From Diplonema japonicum (taxonomy: Eukaryota; Protista; Euglenozoa: Diplonemea), in assembly GCA_964019335.1 (NCBI GenBank), contig OZ025728.1:372001-436000 (forward strand): a stretch of DNA of 64,000 nucleotides, in the 5' to 3' direction. Each line of letters opens with the position of its first letter. The first letter of the stretch is position 1. Under the pieces are notes generated by a model that made no database searches, was not told where the DNA came from, and saw only the letters and a program-made list of their open reading frames with translations. Both the position numbers and the translations under genes were made by a program. Shown here one piece after another: positions 12,128-21,307 of this stretch.

Positions 12128-12745
12128 TCACGACACCCTTGCGAACATGCCGGAGCATTCTGCGCTCTCCTCGTTGCAGTCTGCCGTCGTTGGGCCACAC
12201 CACATGACAGCTGTTGACAAGCTTGGGTCAGGCGGGCCCTCGGCCTTAGCCAGGTTCATAATAAAGGTGTCAGCACGTAAGCGCTTCCCCCTTGAGGTGT
12301 ACACGAAGCACCCTGTAGGCTCCTTGGTGAATGGGGCGTTGCCGGTATCAGCAGAGCTTGCTGGTTCTTCGTGGTGAGTGTCCCAAAGGACGAAGGCAGC
12401 CGCCTTCAATGAGATATGGGGCACAGGAGGTTCCTCCTGTAAGGGGCTTTCTGTGCAGGAGGTCATGTAGCCCCGTTTCGTGGCTGGCTTCACACGAGAC
12501 TGAACAGGTGGTGATGGAGGCAGTGGGGGTGGTGGCTTCGCAGTGCAGACGGCTTCGCAACCCACATTCTCCACCAGGCTGGCAAGGGTCTCATCCCTTG
12601 TTGCCCCAAGAACCCTGTTCACAGCAAAGGCAACATCCTTCCCTGTCACTGTGCTTCTTCCCTTGCATGCTGTGATCAGCTTTAACTGCTTCAACAAAAT
12701 ATCTTTTGCACTGCTTACGTCATTGGGCAGAGATGGGGGGTGCAT
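12128..12745 (-). CDS. Hypothetical protein with a histone-H4-like C-terminal fold motif near its N-terminus
   Basis: ATG at 12745; KGRSTVTGKDVAFAVNR resembles H4 AKRKTVTAMDVVYALKR; the rest is Pro/Ser-rich. Confidence 0.55.
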   Translation of the reverse strand: MHPPSLPNDVSSAKDILLKQLKLITACKGRSTVTGKDVAFAVNRVLGATRDETLASLVENVGCEAVCTAKPPPPLPPSPPVQSRVKPATKRGYMTSCTESPLQEEPPVPHISLKAAAFVLWDTHHEEPASSADTGNAPFTKEPTGCFVYTSRGKRLRADTFIMNLAKAEGPPDPSLSTAVMWCGPTTADCNEESAECSGMFARVS

Positions 12746-13229
12746 CCTGTGGTGGGTAGCAAGGCAAACAAAAAAAAAGGGGGTGAAGAAAATAGTTGAA
12801 GGAAAGCCTGGAGAAAAGCCTTGAAGCCGAGTGAATGTCCAGCTCATGAAATGAAAGATGGGGGAAAGAGAAATTCAATATTTTCACTTTTAGACGGCGG
12901 AGGTTCCTGTTCGTGCTTTATATATATATATATATATATATATATCGCCAGTGGAAAAAAAAAAAATGAGAGAGGTGACAAAAGACCAGACAATATGCAT
13001 TAACTATCGAGCCCGATACCGAAGCCTACTGCAAGCGGCGGCGTGGAATCACCTGCAACCCATGCAAAGCAACAAGAACATCATGTTAAGAAGGGAAAAA
13101 AGCTGAGAGGATTCGAAACTGAGCGCGTTACCGTGGAAGGGGGGGGGGGGGGGGGGGATCATATTCTGAACAGAGCTGAAGAAGAAAGAAAACAAAAAAA
13201 CTTCTTTCAGAAGAAAGAAGCACCGCCCA

Positions 13230-13412
13230 TCACGTCTTGGTGACTGAAGGCAAGCTTCGGGATACAGTCTGCCGTCTGGAGACGGTAGGTCTGCGGTTAG
13301 ACGTGGTGGTGTTCCTTCTCACTGGGGAGGCAGGGGTGGCGGGCTCAGTCGACTCGGGGGACTTCGGCACCTGAGGAGGCATCGACTGTGTGTAGTTGGT
13401 AAAGTCAAACAT
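13230..13412 (-). CDS. Possible 60-aa Pro/Ser/Arg-rich small protein
   Basis: GC-rich ATG-initiated ORF on the cluster strand; no motif. Confidence 0.3.
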   Translation of the reverse strand: MFDFTNYTQSMPPQVPKSPESTEPATPASPVRRNTTTSNRRPTVSRRQTVSRSLPSVTKT

Positions 13413-13626
13413 GTAATTTCAGGCGGGGGGGGCATGCTTGCAAACATGGATGTAAAACAAAAATTATTCCATTCCACCTTTGTATTCTCGTTTGAATCTA
13501 AAAAGCCTTACTTTTCACTTTAAGCCCCCTTGGGATAGGGGCTCAAGTTTTCTGGGGGAAATTTGCCTTTACCCTCCCCCCTTTTTTATTTGCGTTTTCA
13601 TTCTTTTTTTTTTTTTTTTTTTTTTT

Positions 13627-14754
13627 TCATGTACACACCCACAAACTGCTTGGTGTGATATGTCTTTCATGTTTGCTTTTCAAGAAAGGCGCCTGTGCTG
13701 TTTGTTTGGGCAAGACAGGAGGGTAGATCTCACCGCCCCCGTCACCTCCCCGCCGTGCTTGCTGGCGGCGTTTGGAGACACCCGGCACTGACTCGGGACC
13801 TGTTTGCATCTCGTTACGAAGGGACTGTGAAAACCTTGGGCCGGAGGTGTACAGCGGTGTGACGAAGTAGGTGAGGAGGTTGGGCTGTGTGTGCAGGAGG
13901 TGGTACAGCATGGCGGGCTCCATGGTGGTCTCGTCTATTGAGAACAGAGGGTTGCCTTGTGCGTTCTTCGCGGACGTCACAATGCTCATCAGTGCTACAG
14001 ATCGTTCGTCGTGCAGACGCTCCGGCTGCGCCTCCTTCGAGGCCTGGCTCAGGGGCACGTTGTACGGCGTGCCGCTCGACATGATGAGGTTTTTTGTGAT
14101 CTTCCCTATCTTGTCCTTGTCCTCTGCCTCTGTGAAGGGGTTTGCCTCGTTGTCAAGCGTGACCTTTGGCAGCTCGTTGGAGTCTTCCAAGTACTGGATG
14201 GGGTTGGATGCAAACTCACGCTTTGCAACAGACGACTTCCGCACGGCCTGCAGGAAGCGCTTGGTCGTCTCCTTCAACTTGAACGGCTTAGCGGAGGGCG
14301 ACGTGGACAGTGCCGGTAGGGCTGCCATCTTCATCGAAGCGTGCTTCAAGATCGGCGTCTTCCGCTCAGCAGGATTGAATATGTCGGGCAGCACAGGACT
14401 GCTTGGCGATAGGGGGCTGCTGTGATTGCTATCGCTGTCGTGTGGTTCCTCTTTGTCTTCTTTCTCATCATCGTCGCTTATGATGTCCGACGCATAGCTG
14501 TCAGTGCTGCTCTCCCAGTCCGTGCGGTGCTTTCCCTTTGACCATGACTGTCGTGCTTGCCGCAGGTACTGATGTAGAACGGGTGTTTCCTCTTTCTTCT
14601 CTTCTTCTTCCTTCTGCTCGATCGGGGGCAGGCACAAGTCCCCGCTTTCCTTTTTCTTGAGGTTGCTCCCCGTTGGCTTGGTTTTGCTCTTCTTCGCACC
14701 AAACGCCGATGCCCTCCTGCCCATCTTCCCGCGTGGTGCCCTTCGAGGCGGCAT
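13627..14754 (-). CDS. Hypothetical basic/acidic low-complexity protein (375 aa)
   Basis: MPPRRAPRGK start; long GC-rich ORF. Confidence 0.7.
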   Translation of the reverse strand: MPPRRAPRGKMGRRASAFGAKKSKTKPTGSNLKKKESGDLCLPPIEQKEEEEKKEETPVLHQYLRQARQSWSKGKHRTDWESSTDSYASDIISDDDEKEDKEEPHDSDSNHSSPLSPSSPVLPDIFNPAERKTPILKHASMKMAALPALSTSPSAKPFKLKETTKRFLQAVRKSSVAKREFASNPIQYLEDSNELPKVTLDNEANPFTEAEDKDKIGKITKNLIMSSGTPYNVPLSQASKEAQPERLHDERSVALMSIVTSAKNAQGNPLFSIDETTMEPAMLYHLLHTQPNLLTYFVTPLYTSGPRFSQSLRNEMQTGPESVPGVSKRRQQARRGGDGGGEIYPPVLPKQTAQAPFLKSKHERHITPSSLWVCT

Positions 14755-15777
14755 TGCTTCTCTACCCAACCCCTCCTTGCTTGATGTGGTATGTAATATT
14801 GAACGTAGCAAAGCAAGAACCGGGCCAAATGGGCACGTGGGGAGGGGGGGGGGGGGGGGGGGGATAATTGTGATGCGGTAAAAAGGGGGAAGAAGAAATG
14901 GGAGTCGGGGAAGAGGTTGGATTTGAAAACTAAATAAAGTAGAGGGGACAAGGAGTGCATACGACTTGATGCCTTTTTTTTTTTTCTTAAGAATCCCAGT
15001 CGTGCACCGCATGTTCGTTTCACACTAAGTATCACTATTTTTTTTTTTTTCCCGCTTTTTTTTTCTTTTTGTTACAAATATGTATCTTTCAAAAAAAAAA
15101 CGAATTTACCACTATATGCGATTTGTGCTGAGCAAAAAATTTGCTTGTGCGAACAACAGCAAAAGAATAATGCCGAAAACAACCAGGCGGATGGAAGAAT
15201 CCCGCCTCCCCGCCTCCGCTCCCGACCCCCTTGAAGAAGTCGAGGTTGGACTACCTTCGAAAGGTTATCTCCAAGAGCTCAGTTGCTCCCGCCGCAAGAT
15301 AAAGCATACGGAGGGAGCTGCGGGAGGGCAGGCCACGAACAACAAAGACATATAGTTATAAATAATTATTTTTTTTTTATTTTGATTATCTTTTTTTTTT
15401 CTTCCTTTTTTTATATTTTTTTTTCTTTTTCTTGCTCACGTGCAGCACTGCAATGGATGAGGACAAGGAACAGGGTGGAAGAGGGAAGGTTTTCTTCACT
15501 TTTTTTTTTCTTTTTTTTTTTTTGTTTTATTTTCCCTTTTTCTTCTTCTTCCCCCCCGTCCCCATCACTCATTTAGAGGCGCACAACAATAGTTATTTTT
15601 GGTTTCCCTTTTTTTTTTTCCCCTCCCTCTCTCTCCTTCCCTCCATTCCATTTCTTGGCGAGTAAGATGGATAGAGTTGAAAAATGCCGCATAAGGGGGG
15701 AGGCGAGGGGGAAAGAAAAAAAAAAAGAAAAAAAAGAGCAAGCAAACAGTTTTTTTTCCTCTCATTTCCCCCCCTTC

Positions 15778-15825
15778 CTAGTGCCTAGGGGCGGCAGCAT
15801 TCTGGATGAACGGCAGGGAGACGCT

Positions 15826-15869
<44 letters not shown>

Positions 15870-17420
15870 CCATACTGGTGCCCGAAGAGATCGTGCACGG
15901 AGGGAAGCTTGTAGTGCCTCATGGCCACCCTCTCAAGCCCAAGGCCCCACGCGATGACGGTCACGTCTTCAGGGAGGCCCATAGGTCGAAGCATCTCGGG
16001 CCTGAAGACGCCAGAGTTTCCAATCTCGATGATCTTCCCGCTCTCGGTGACGGTGTGCACCTCCATGGAGGGCTCGGTGTAGGGGTTGAAGGCAGGCTTG
16101 AACTTCAGGTTCTTGACGCCGACACGCTCGAAGAAGGAGCTCAGTAGCGCCATCATGTTGGAGAGAGACAGGCCGTAGTCGATGACAAAGCCTTCCATCT
16201 GGTGGAACTCGCACAGATGGGTCTTGTCCATTGTCTCGTTCCTGAACACTCTGTCGATGGAGAAGAAAGCACCTGTCTGCAGCTTGCCCGTCTTCTGGTA
16301 CTCCTGCCCGATCTGGTACAGGGTGTACGAGGACACGGCCGTCGTGTGCGTTCTCAACACGTTCCTCTCCGTCTCGTCTCTCGACCACTGGTAGCGGTAC
16401 CCCGTGGATCCGAAGTCACCGGTTTCATGGATTTTTTTAGTAAGCTGCACATAGTCCTCCGGGTGGTCCTTTGTGGTGGCAGGGTGCGTCACAAAGAACG
16501 TGTCCTGTGAGTCCCTCGCAGGGTGCTTCTGCGGGACGAACAGCGTGTCGAAGTTCCAGAAGGATGAGTCCACGAACCTCGATGTGTCCATCTCTTGGAA
16601 ACCCAGTTCCAGGAAGATCTCTCTGTACTGCTGTCGAAGTTTCATGAGGGGGTGCAGGTTGCCGCCTACGTTCTTCCTCCCTTCCGCGTTCACGTTGACA
16701 GGCTTCATGTCCAGCAGCTTGTTGGACTTCTGCATCTCTGCGAGCTTCGCGGCGTCGAAGTCTGCAGGCTGCTTGATCCTCCACGACCTCTTCTCAATGT
16801 CGTCTGCGGCAGGGAAGTTCCCCCCACGCACCACCTTGTAGAAGGAAACGTCTGACGCAACACACACTTTCCTTGACTTCAGCTTTGCTGCGATGGCCAC
16901 CAGCTCTTCAATAGGCGCCGATCCTTCTGCGATCTGTAGTGTTGATTGGTATTTGTGTGTTTTTTTTCCCCTTTTTTCATACCATCTTAAGGCCTGTGCC
17001 CACTGAGTCGGTCCATGCTCCTGCCTTGTCTGTGGGTGCGTAGACGCCCTCTTTGATCGAGATAATCTTCTCCTTCATGCAGACCTTCAACCCGTTGGTC
17101 ACGAGGGTCGCATCCCCGGCATTTTTTGCCACCAGCTCGTCCTTTGTTGCTGGGCCGGCTTTCAGCACTTCCATCACCTTCCCCTCCGGAGTCCCCTTTT
17201 CCAGGTATGTCTTTCCCTCCGGAGTGAGCTTTACAATTTTCTTCTTTACGGGTGCGTCGCCTCTCGAGATGTAGTCTTTAGTGGCGAGGCTTCCCAGCAC
17301 ACCCACCACCGCCTGGTGGTCCACCCCGTGCTTCGCTGCGAAGTCCAATGAGTTCTCGATAACTTCTTCTTTACTCAGCTGTTTCACTAGCTCATAGTCG
17401 ATCTCCAGTTTCGCTGCCAT
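15778..17420 (-). CDS. FARSA: Phenylalanyl-tRNA synthetase alpha subunit, cytosolic type (513 aa, 3 exons)
   Basis: Motifs [64 protein letters not shown]. Introns 16934-16982 and 15824-15875; splicing gives the C-terminus [20 protein letters not shown]. Confidence 0.95.
15824..15875 (-). other. Poly(A) intron: GTATGG-A43-CAG (52 nt)
   Basis: Removal replaces a poly-Lys tail with a PheRS-alpha-like C-terminus. Confidence 0.85.
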
Positions 17421-17772
17421 TTTGTCTCCGTAATTCCTCTTCGCAAAAAATATGCTTCGCGACAGCGCCAACGGTGGGAGTAGTGCCCTCCTGAACGTCT
17501 TTGCTCTTTATTTCTCTCTTCTTCCTCCCTCCCCTCTGTTAATTCTCTTTTTTTTTTTTTTTTTTTTTCTTCTCCGAATAGAACCAGCGAAAAAGAGAGT
17601 AATAAAAAATGATATAACACAACACCAATAGTGCTGACGGGATTATATGTAGAAAGGAGGGTAGGGGGTGTCGCGAAAAAAAACGGATGGGGGGGGGGGG
17701 GGGGGGGATCAAAGAAAAGGCTCGGAAAGGCCTTCTTTTTCCTTCTTCTCGTCAAAACCCGGCTTCGCTTTT

Positions 17773-17908
17773 TCACTTTGCGAGGAACGAATCTACCTCG
17801 TCTTGGATGGCTTGGAGGGCAACCACGAACTGCTTTCTTTTCTGCTTTGCTTCCAAGTCACTAGGCGGGATGATGAGTGTGTCGAGGGACTCCAGTACGT
17901 GTTGACAG

Positions 17909-17946
<38 letters not shown>

Positions 17947-18295
17947 AAAAACATACCTCACCCACACCAGCGGTCAGCTTTCGGTCCCCGTCTGCATTGC
18001 TCAAATCTCTTTTTATTTTGGCGAGTTTTTCTTCAAACGGTCCGAAAATCCCTTTGCTCTCGCCTTTGGTTGCCGCGGCTCCAAGCACCATCAGCTTGTC
18101 GTTCACCACCAACCCCAACGGCTCCAACTTCATGTCCGCGTTCAAAGTCTTCCCTTTGTACACAATCTTCTGCTTCTCCACGGGGACATTGAACTGCTTC
18201 CACGCAACATCCATCACGCTCAGCACTGTGTCCTTCGTGTCCACATCGATGCCCAACCGCCTCTTGTTATGGACCAGTATCACATGCACAATCAT
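17773..18295 (-). CDS. BAG1-like co-chaperone (ubiquitin-like plus BAG domain), 158 aa, 2 exons
   Basis: Ubl part VPVEKQKIVYKGKTL...KLMVLG; after intron 17911-17956 the BAG-like helices GE|ACQHVLESLDTL...AKQKRKQFVVALQAIQDEVD follow in frame. Confidence 0.85.
17911..17956 (-). other. Poly(A) intron: GTATGTTTTTC-A34-G (46 nt)
   Basis: Removal joins two track ORFs in frame within the BAG domain; AAG acceptor. Confidence 0.85.
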
Positions 18296-18417
18296 GGTAT
18301 GCCGAGGCCTGGTTGAGGTGTGGTGGTTGCATAGCAAAGAAAAAAAATTAGAAAATGGGGGTGGGGACTATTTTAGTGTAAATCTCTCTCTTTTTTTTTT
18401 TTTTTTTTTACCCATTT

Positions 18418-18724
18418 TTAGTGGCGTAGCATCGGTGGGGGACCCGAGAAGGCCGACCTCTGCTTCCCAATGGTTCCTGGGATGATGTTGTGGTTGCAGA
18501 AGCACGGGTGTCCCGGTGCACAGTGGCAGCCACCACCATGGGGAGGCGGGCCAGGAGGCTTGCCATGTGGCTTGGGTGGGGCAGGGGTACCACCGCCACC
18601 GAGGTAGGTCTATTTTAAAAAGAAAATTGAGAAAGATTATGTTATCGTTATTATTTTGCAATACCCCGATCTGCTTGTCGATCCCCTGCAGGCTCTTCCC
18701 TTCGAAGCATACGTTCATCACCAT
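18418..18724 (-). CDS. 83-aa microprotein with CxCxPGHPCxCxH motif, paralogue 1 (2 exons)
   Basis: Intron 18610-18664 after codon 20: MVMNVCFEGKSLQGIDKQIG|TYLGGGGTPAPPKPHGKPPGPPPHGGGCHCAPGHPCFCNHNIIPGTIGKQRSAFSGPPPMLRH*. Confidence 0.8.
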
Positions 18725-18894
18725 CGTTGTTAGAGGGAAAGGATTTGTGTAAGGAACTAGCAGGTGCGGTAAGACATCAAGGGTGAAATACAGGAAAAAA
18801 AAGAGGGGGAAAAATAATAAAAATGCCCCACTAGACCTCGATGTCTGGCACTTTCTTTTTTGTGTGTAAAAGTAAAATTGGTGTGGAGGTTCCG

Positions 18895-18937
<43 letters not shown>

Positions 18938-18943
18938 TTATCC

Positions 18944-19241
18944 TCAGTGATGTGCCATTGACCCCAGGTGCTCATTGCGCATGTGGTGTGTGGGGATCAA
19001 GTGGGAGTGGCACAGGCATGGGTGCCCGGGGACACATTTACACGGCTTGGCGGGCGCAGGCTTCGGAGCGATGGGAGCAGCAGGAGCACCTCCCAAGTAT
19101 GACTGTTTTATTGATTTTTTTTTTTTTTTTTTTTTTTTTGTTTCCCATTACCCATTATTATTTAGGTTTAAAATAGTATACCGATATCTGCTTATCGACA
19201 GACGCCAGGCTCTTCCCGTTGAAGCAGACGTGCATGACCAT
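18944..19241 (-). CDS. 72-aa microprotein with CxCxPGHPCxCxH motif, paralogue 2 (2 exons)
   Basis: Intron 19103-19181 after codon 20: MVMHVCFNGKSLASVDKQIS|SYLGGAPAAPIAPKPAPAKPCKCVPGHPCLCHSHLIPTHHMRNEHLGSMAHH*. Confidence 0.8.
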
Positions 19242-19395
19242 TGTGTAGTGTGTCCTTTGTTGGGCAGTTTTTGGGCAAAGACCACAAGGAGGAGAAAAAA
19301 AAACGAAGAAAAGAGTGTACATATGAACAAAAGAAAAAAAAAACTGTCATCAAACCTCAAACGCACTTGAGCAGCTAGGGCTGGACCCTATTACT

Positions 19396-19893
19396 TCAGT
19401 AGTTGCACACAGGGCTGGTGCTAGACAGAGAGGGCGACGGGAGGAAAGTGGGAGAGAGGGTGGCGTAGGTATACCCGCTTCTTGCCCGAGGTGAGAAGTA
19501 GACAATAGTGTCGATGAAACAGTGTGCTGCTGGCAGGACGAAAGCGACGCTGGCAGCATAGGTGCCAACGAGAAGTGTGTTAGCGATTGTGAGAAGAGCC
19601 GTCAAGGCGAGGCCTGCAAGGGCCATGCAAGAAGACAGCAACAGTGAAACAAGCAAGCAGTGCAAGAGCTGTCTATGGGTACCCCTATGCCTGAGGACGT
19701 TCAGAGACATAACTACATACAGCAGAGCATTGAGACCCACAATCAGCACCATCCCCATGATCAGCTCTTGGTACTTTGGAAGGTCCCAAGCCCCATGTAT
19801 CCCTTCACTGTCCTCGTACCACGGGCGGCTAGCTGCCACCCCGCCACAGCAAAGCACACCTACTTCAATGGCCATTCCTATCCATACCCACAC
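19396..19893 (-). CDS. Four-pass membrane protein (claudin/amastin-like topology); start uncertain
   Basis: Four hydrophobic segments with PWY...GAW in the first loop; the frame stays open upstream of 19893. Confidence 0.55.
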   Translation of the reverse strand: MWVWIGMAIEVGVLCCGGVAASRPWYEDSEGIHGAWDLPKYQELIMGMVLIVGLNALLYVVMSLNVLRHRGTHRQLLHCLLVSLLLSSCMALAGLALTALLTIANTLLVGTYAASVAFVLPAAHCFIDTIVYFSPRARSGYTYATLSPTFLPSPSLSSTSPVCNY

Positions 19894-20617
19894 CTTGCTC
19901 TTGCTGGTCTCCTCCCACTCCGCTTTGTACTGTGGTTTCCCTCTCCTAGGGCCGGCTCCATTGGGAGTACTGTAGACTTTTTTTTTTGTTCCCTCTTTCC
20001 AGCAATAACTAAAGGAACAGCGGAGGGATAAAAATATAAATAAAAAAAATAATAAAAAAAAAAAAAAACAAGAAACGCGGAAGAAAGAAAGAAGGAAAAA
20101 AAAGAGAAAAACAGCACCACGCGGACAGAAACTTTAAAGGGAAAAAAATAAAAAATAAAGAAGGAGGGACACAGGTGGAGAAAAAAAAAAGAGAAAAAGG
20201 AAAGGTTGGGGTGAATAGGTGTGAGTGTTGCGCATCGATAGTAGTAATCAAGAAGAAGAGAAGAGGGAGGCCATAAAGAGCGAACAAAGCAGTGGCAATG
20301 CACAAGGAAGCTAAAAGACACGTTACTTAAACCCAATTTTTATTGGGAACATGTTACTACGGGCCCCTCTCATGCAGTAGCACACTTTTTGCAATTCCCA
20401 TTCCTTTACCCCCTTCGCCCTCCTACATAAGGAGAGAAATAATTGAAATAAGAACATAAACCGCGAGCACTCTGGTTACGCACACCCAGGTGGTGCACCT
20501 TATTCAAAAAAATAAAAATGGGGGGGGGGAACAAAGGAAAAGGGGTCTTCATGTAAGGTGCGAAGAAAGGGAATGGGCTTTCTTGGCATAGCTCTTATTG
20601 GTTTTTACTACTGTTGC

Positions 20618-20767
20618 TCACCCCTGGCGGCGGGAGTACCTGTTGGGAGATTTATAAAAAAAGAATTTGTAAAAAAGGTTGCAGCCATACCACCCGAGGG
20701 AAGCGAAGAAGATCACACACATCAGAATCAAACCGATGATCAAAGCAACAACGTCAGCACCACCCAT
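20618..20767 (-). CDS. 32-aa SMIM30-like transmembrane microprotein, copy 1 (2 exons)
   Basis: Intron 20640-20690 (GTATGG...CAACAG) gives MGGADVVALIIGLILMCVIFFASLGWYSRRQG*. Confidence 0.85.
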   Translation of the reverse strand: MGGADVVALIIGLILMCVIFFASLGWYGCNLFYKFFFYKSPNRYSRRQG

Positions 20768-21150
20768 TTTTTTGAGGTTTTTTGTGTGTTTTTTTCTTTG
20801 GTATCCTTTTTTTTTTTTTTTTTTTTTTTCCTCTTAAATTTCTTCAAAAGCCTATCGTTCTTTCCCTGTCTTGCCGTCCGAGTGTGAAAAATCGTTCAAA
20901 AAAATATAAAAAAATAAGAAAGAAGAGCGAAGCATGAAAAAAAAAAAAGAAAAAAACGAACAAATGCCACTCGGAAAAAAAAAGAAGAGAGAAAAAGCGG
21001 GGGGGGGGGGGGGGGTGAACAAAAAGCTCAAATAAATAAATAAAAAAGGGAACAGAGAGTAAGGATAAATAAGAACAAAAAAAAAAGAATAAGGAAAGAA
21101 GAAGCTACTCATATTTTCCCCCTGTGGCACTTCATCACGATACTCATTGC

Positions 21151-21307
21151 TTACCCCTGACGGCGGGAGTACCTGTTGGTGTTGGTTATTTAGTGTCAGT
21201 TCGTCATTGTGAGAGGGAAAGCAGCCATACCACCCGAGGGAAGCGAAGAAGATCACACACATCAGAATCAAACCGATGATCAAGGCAACAACGTCAGCAC
21301 CACCCAT
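21151..21307 (-). CDS. 32-aa SMIM30-like transmembrane microprotein, copy 2 (2 exons)
   Basis: Intron 21173-21230; same peptide as copy 1, with only silent differences (GCT/GCC, CGC/CGT, TGA/TAA). Confidence 0.85.
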
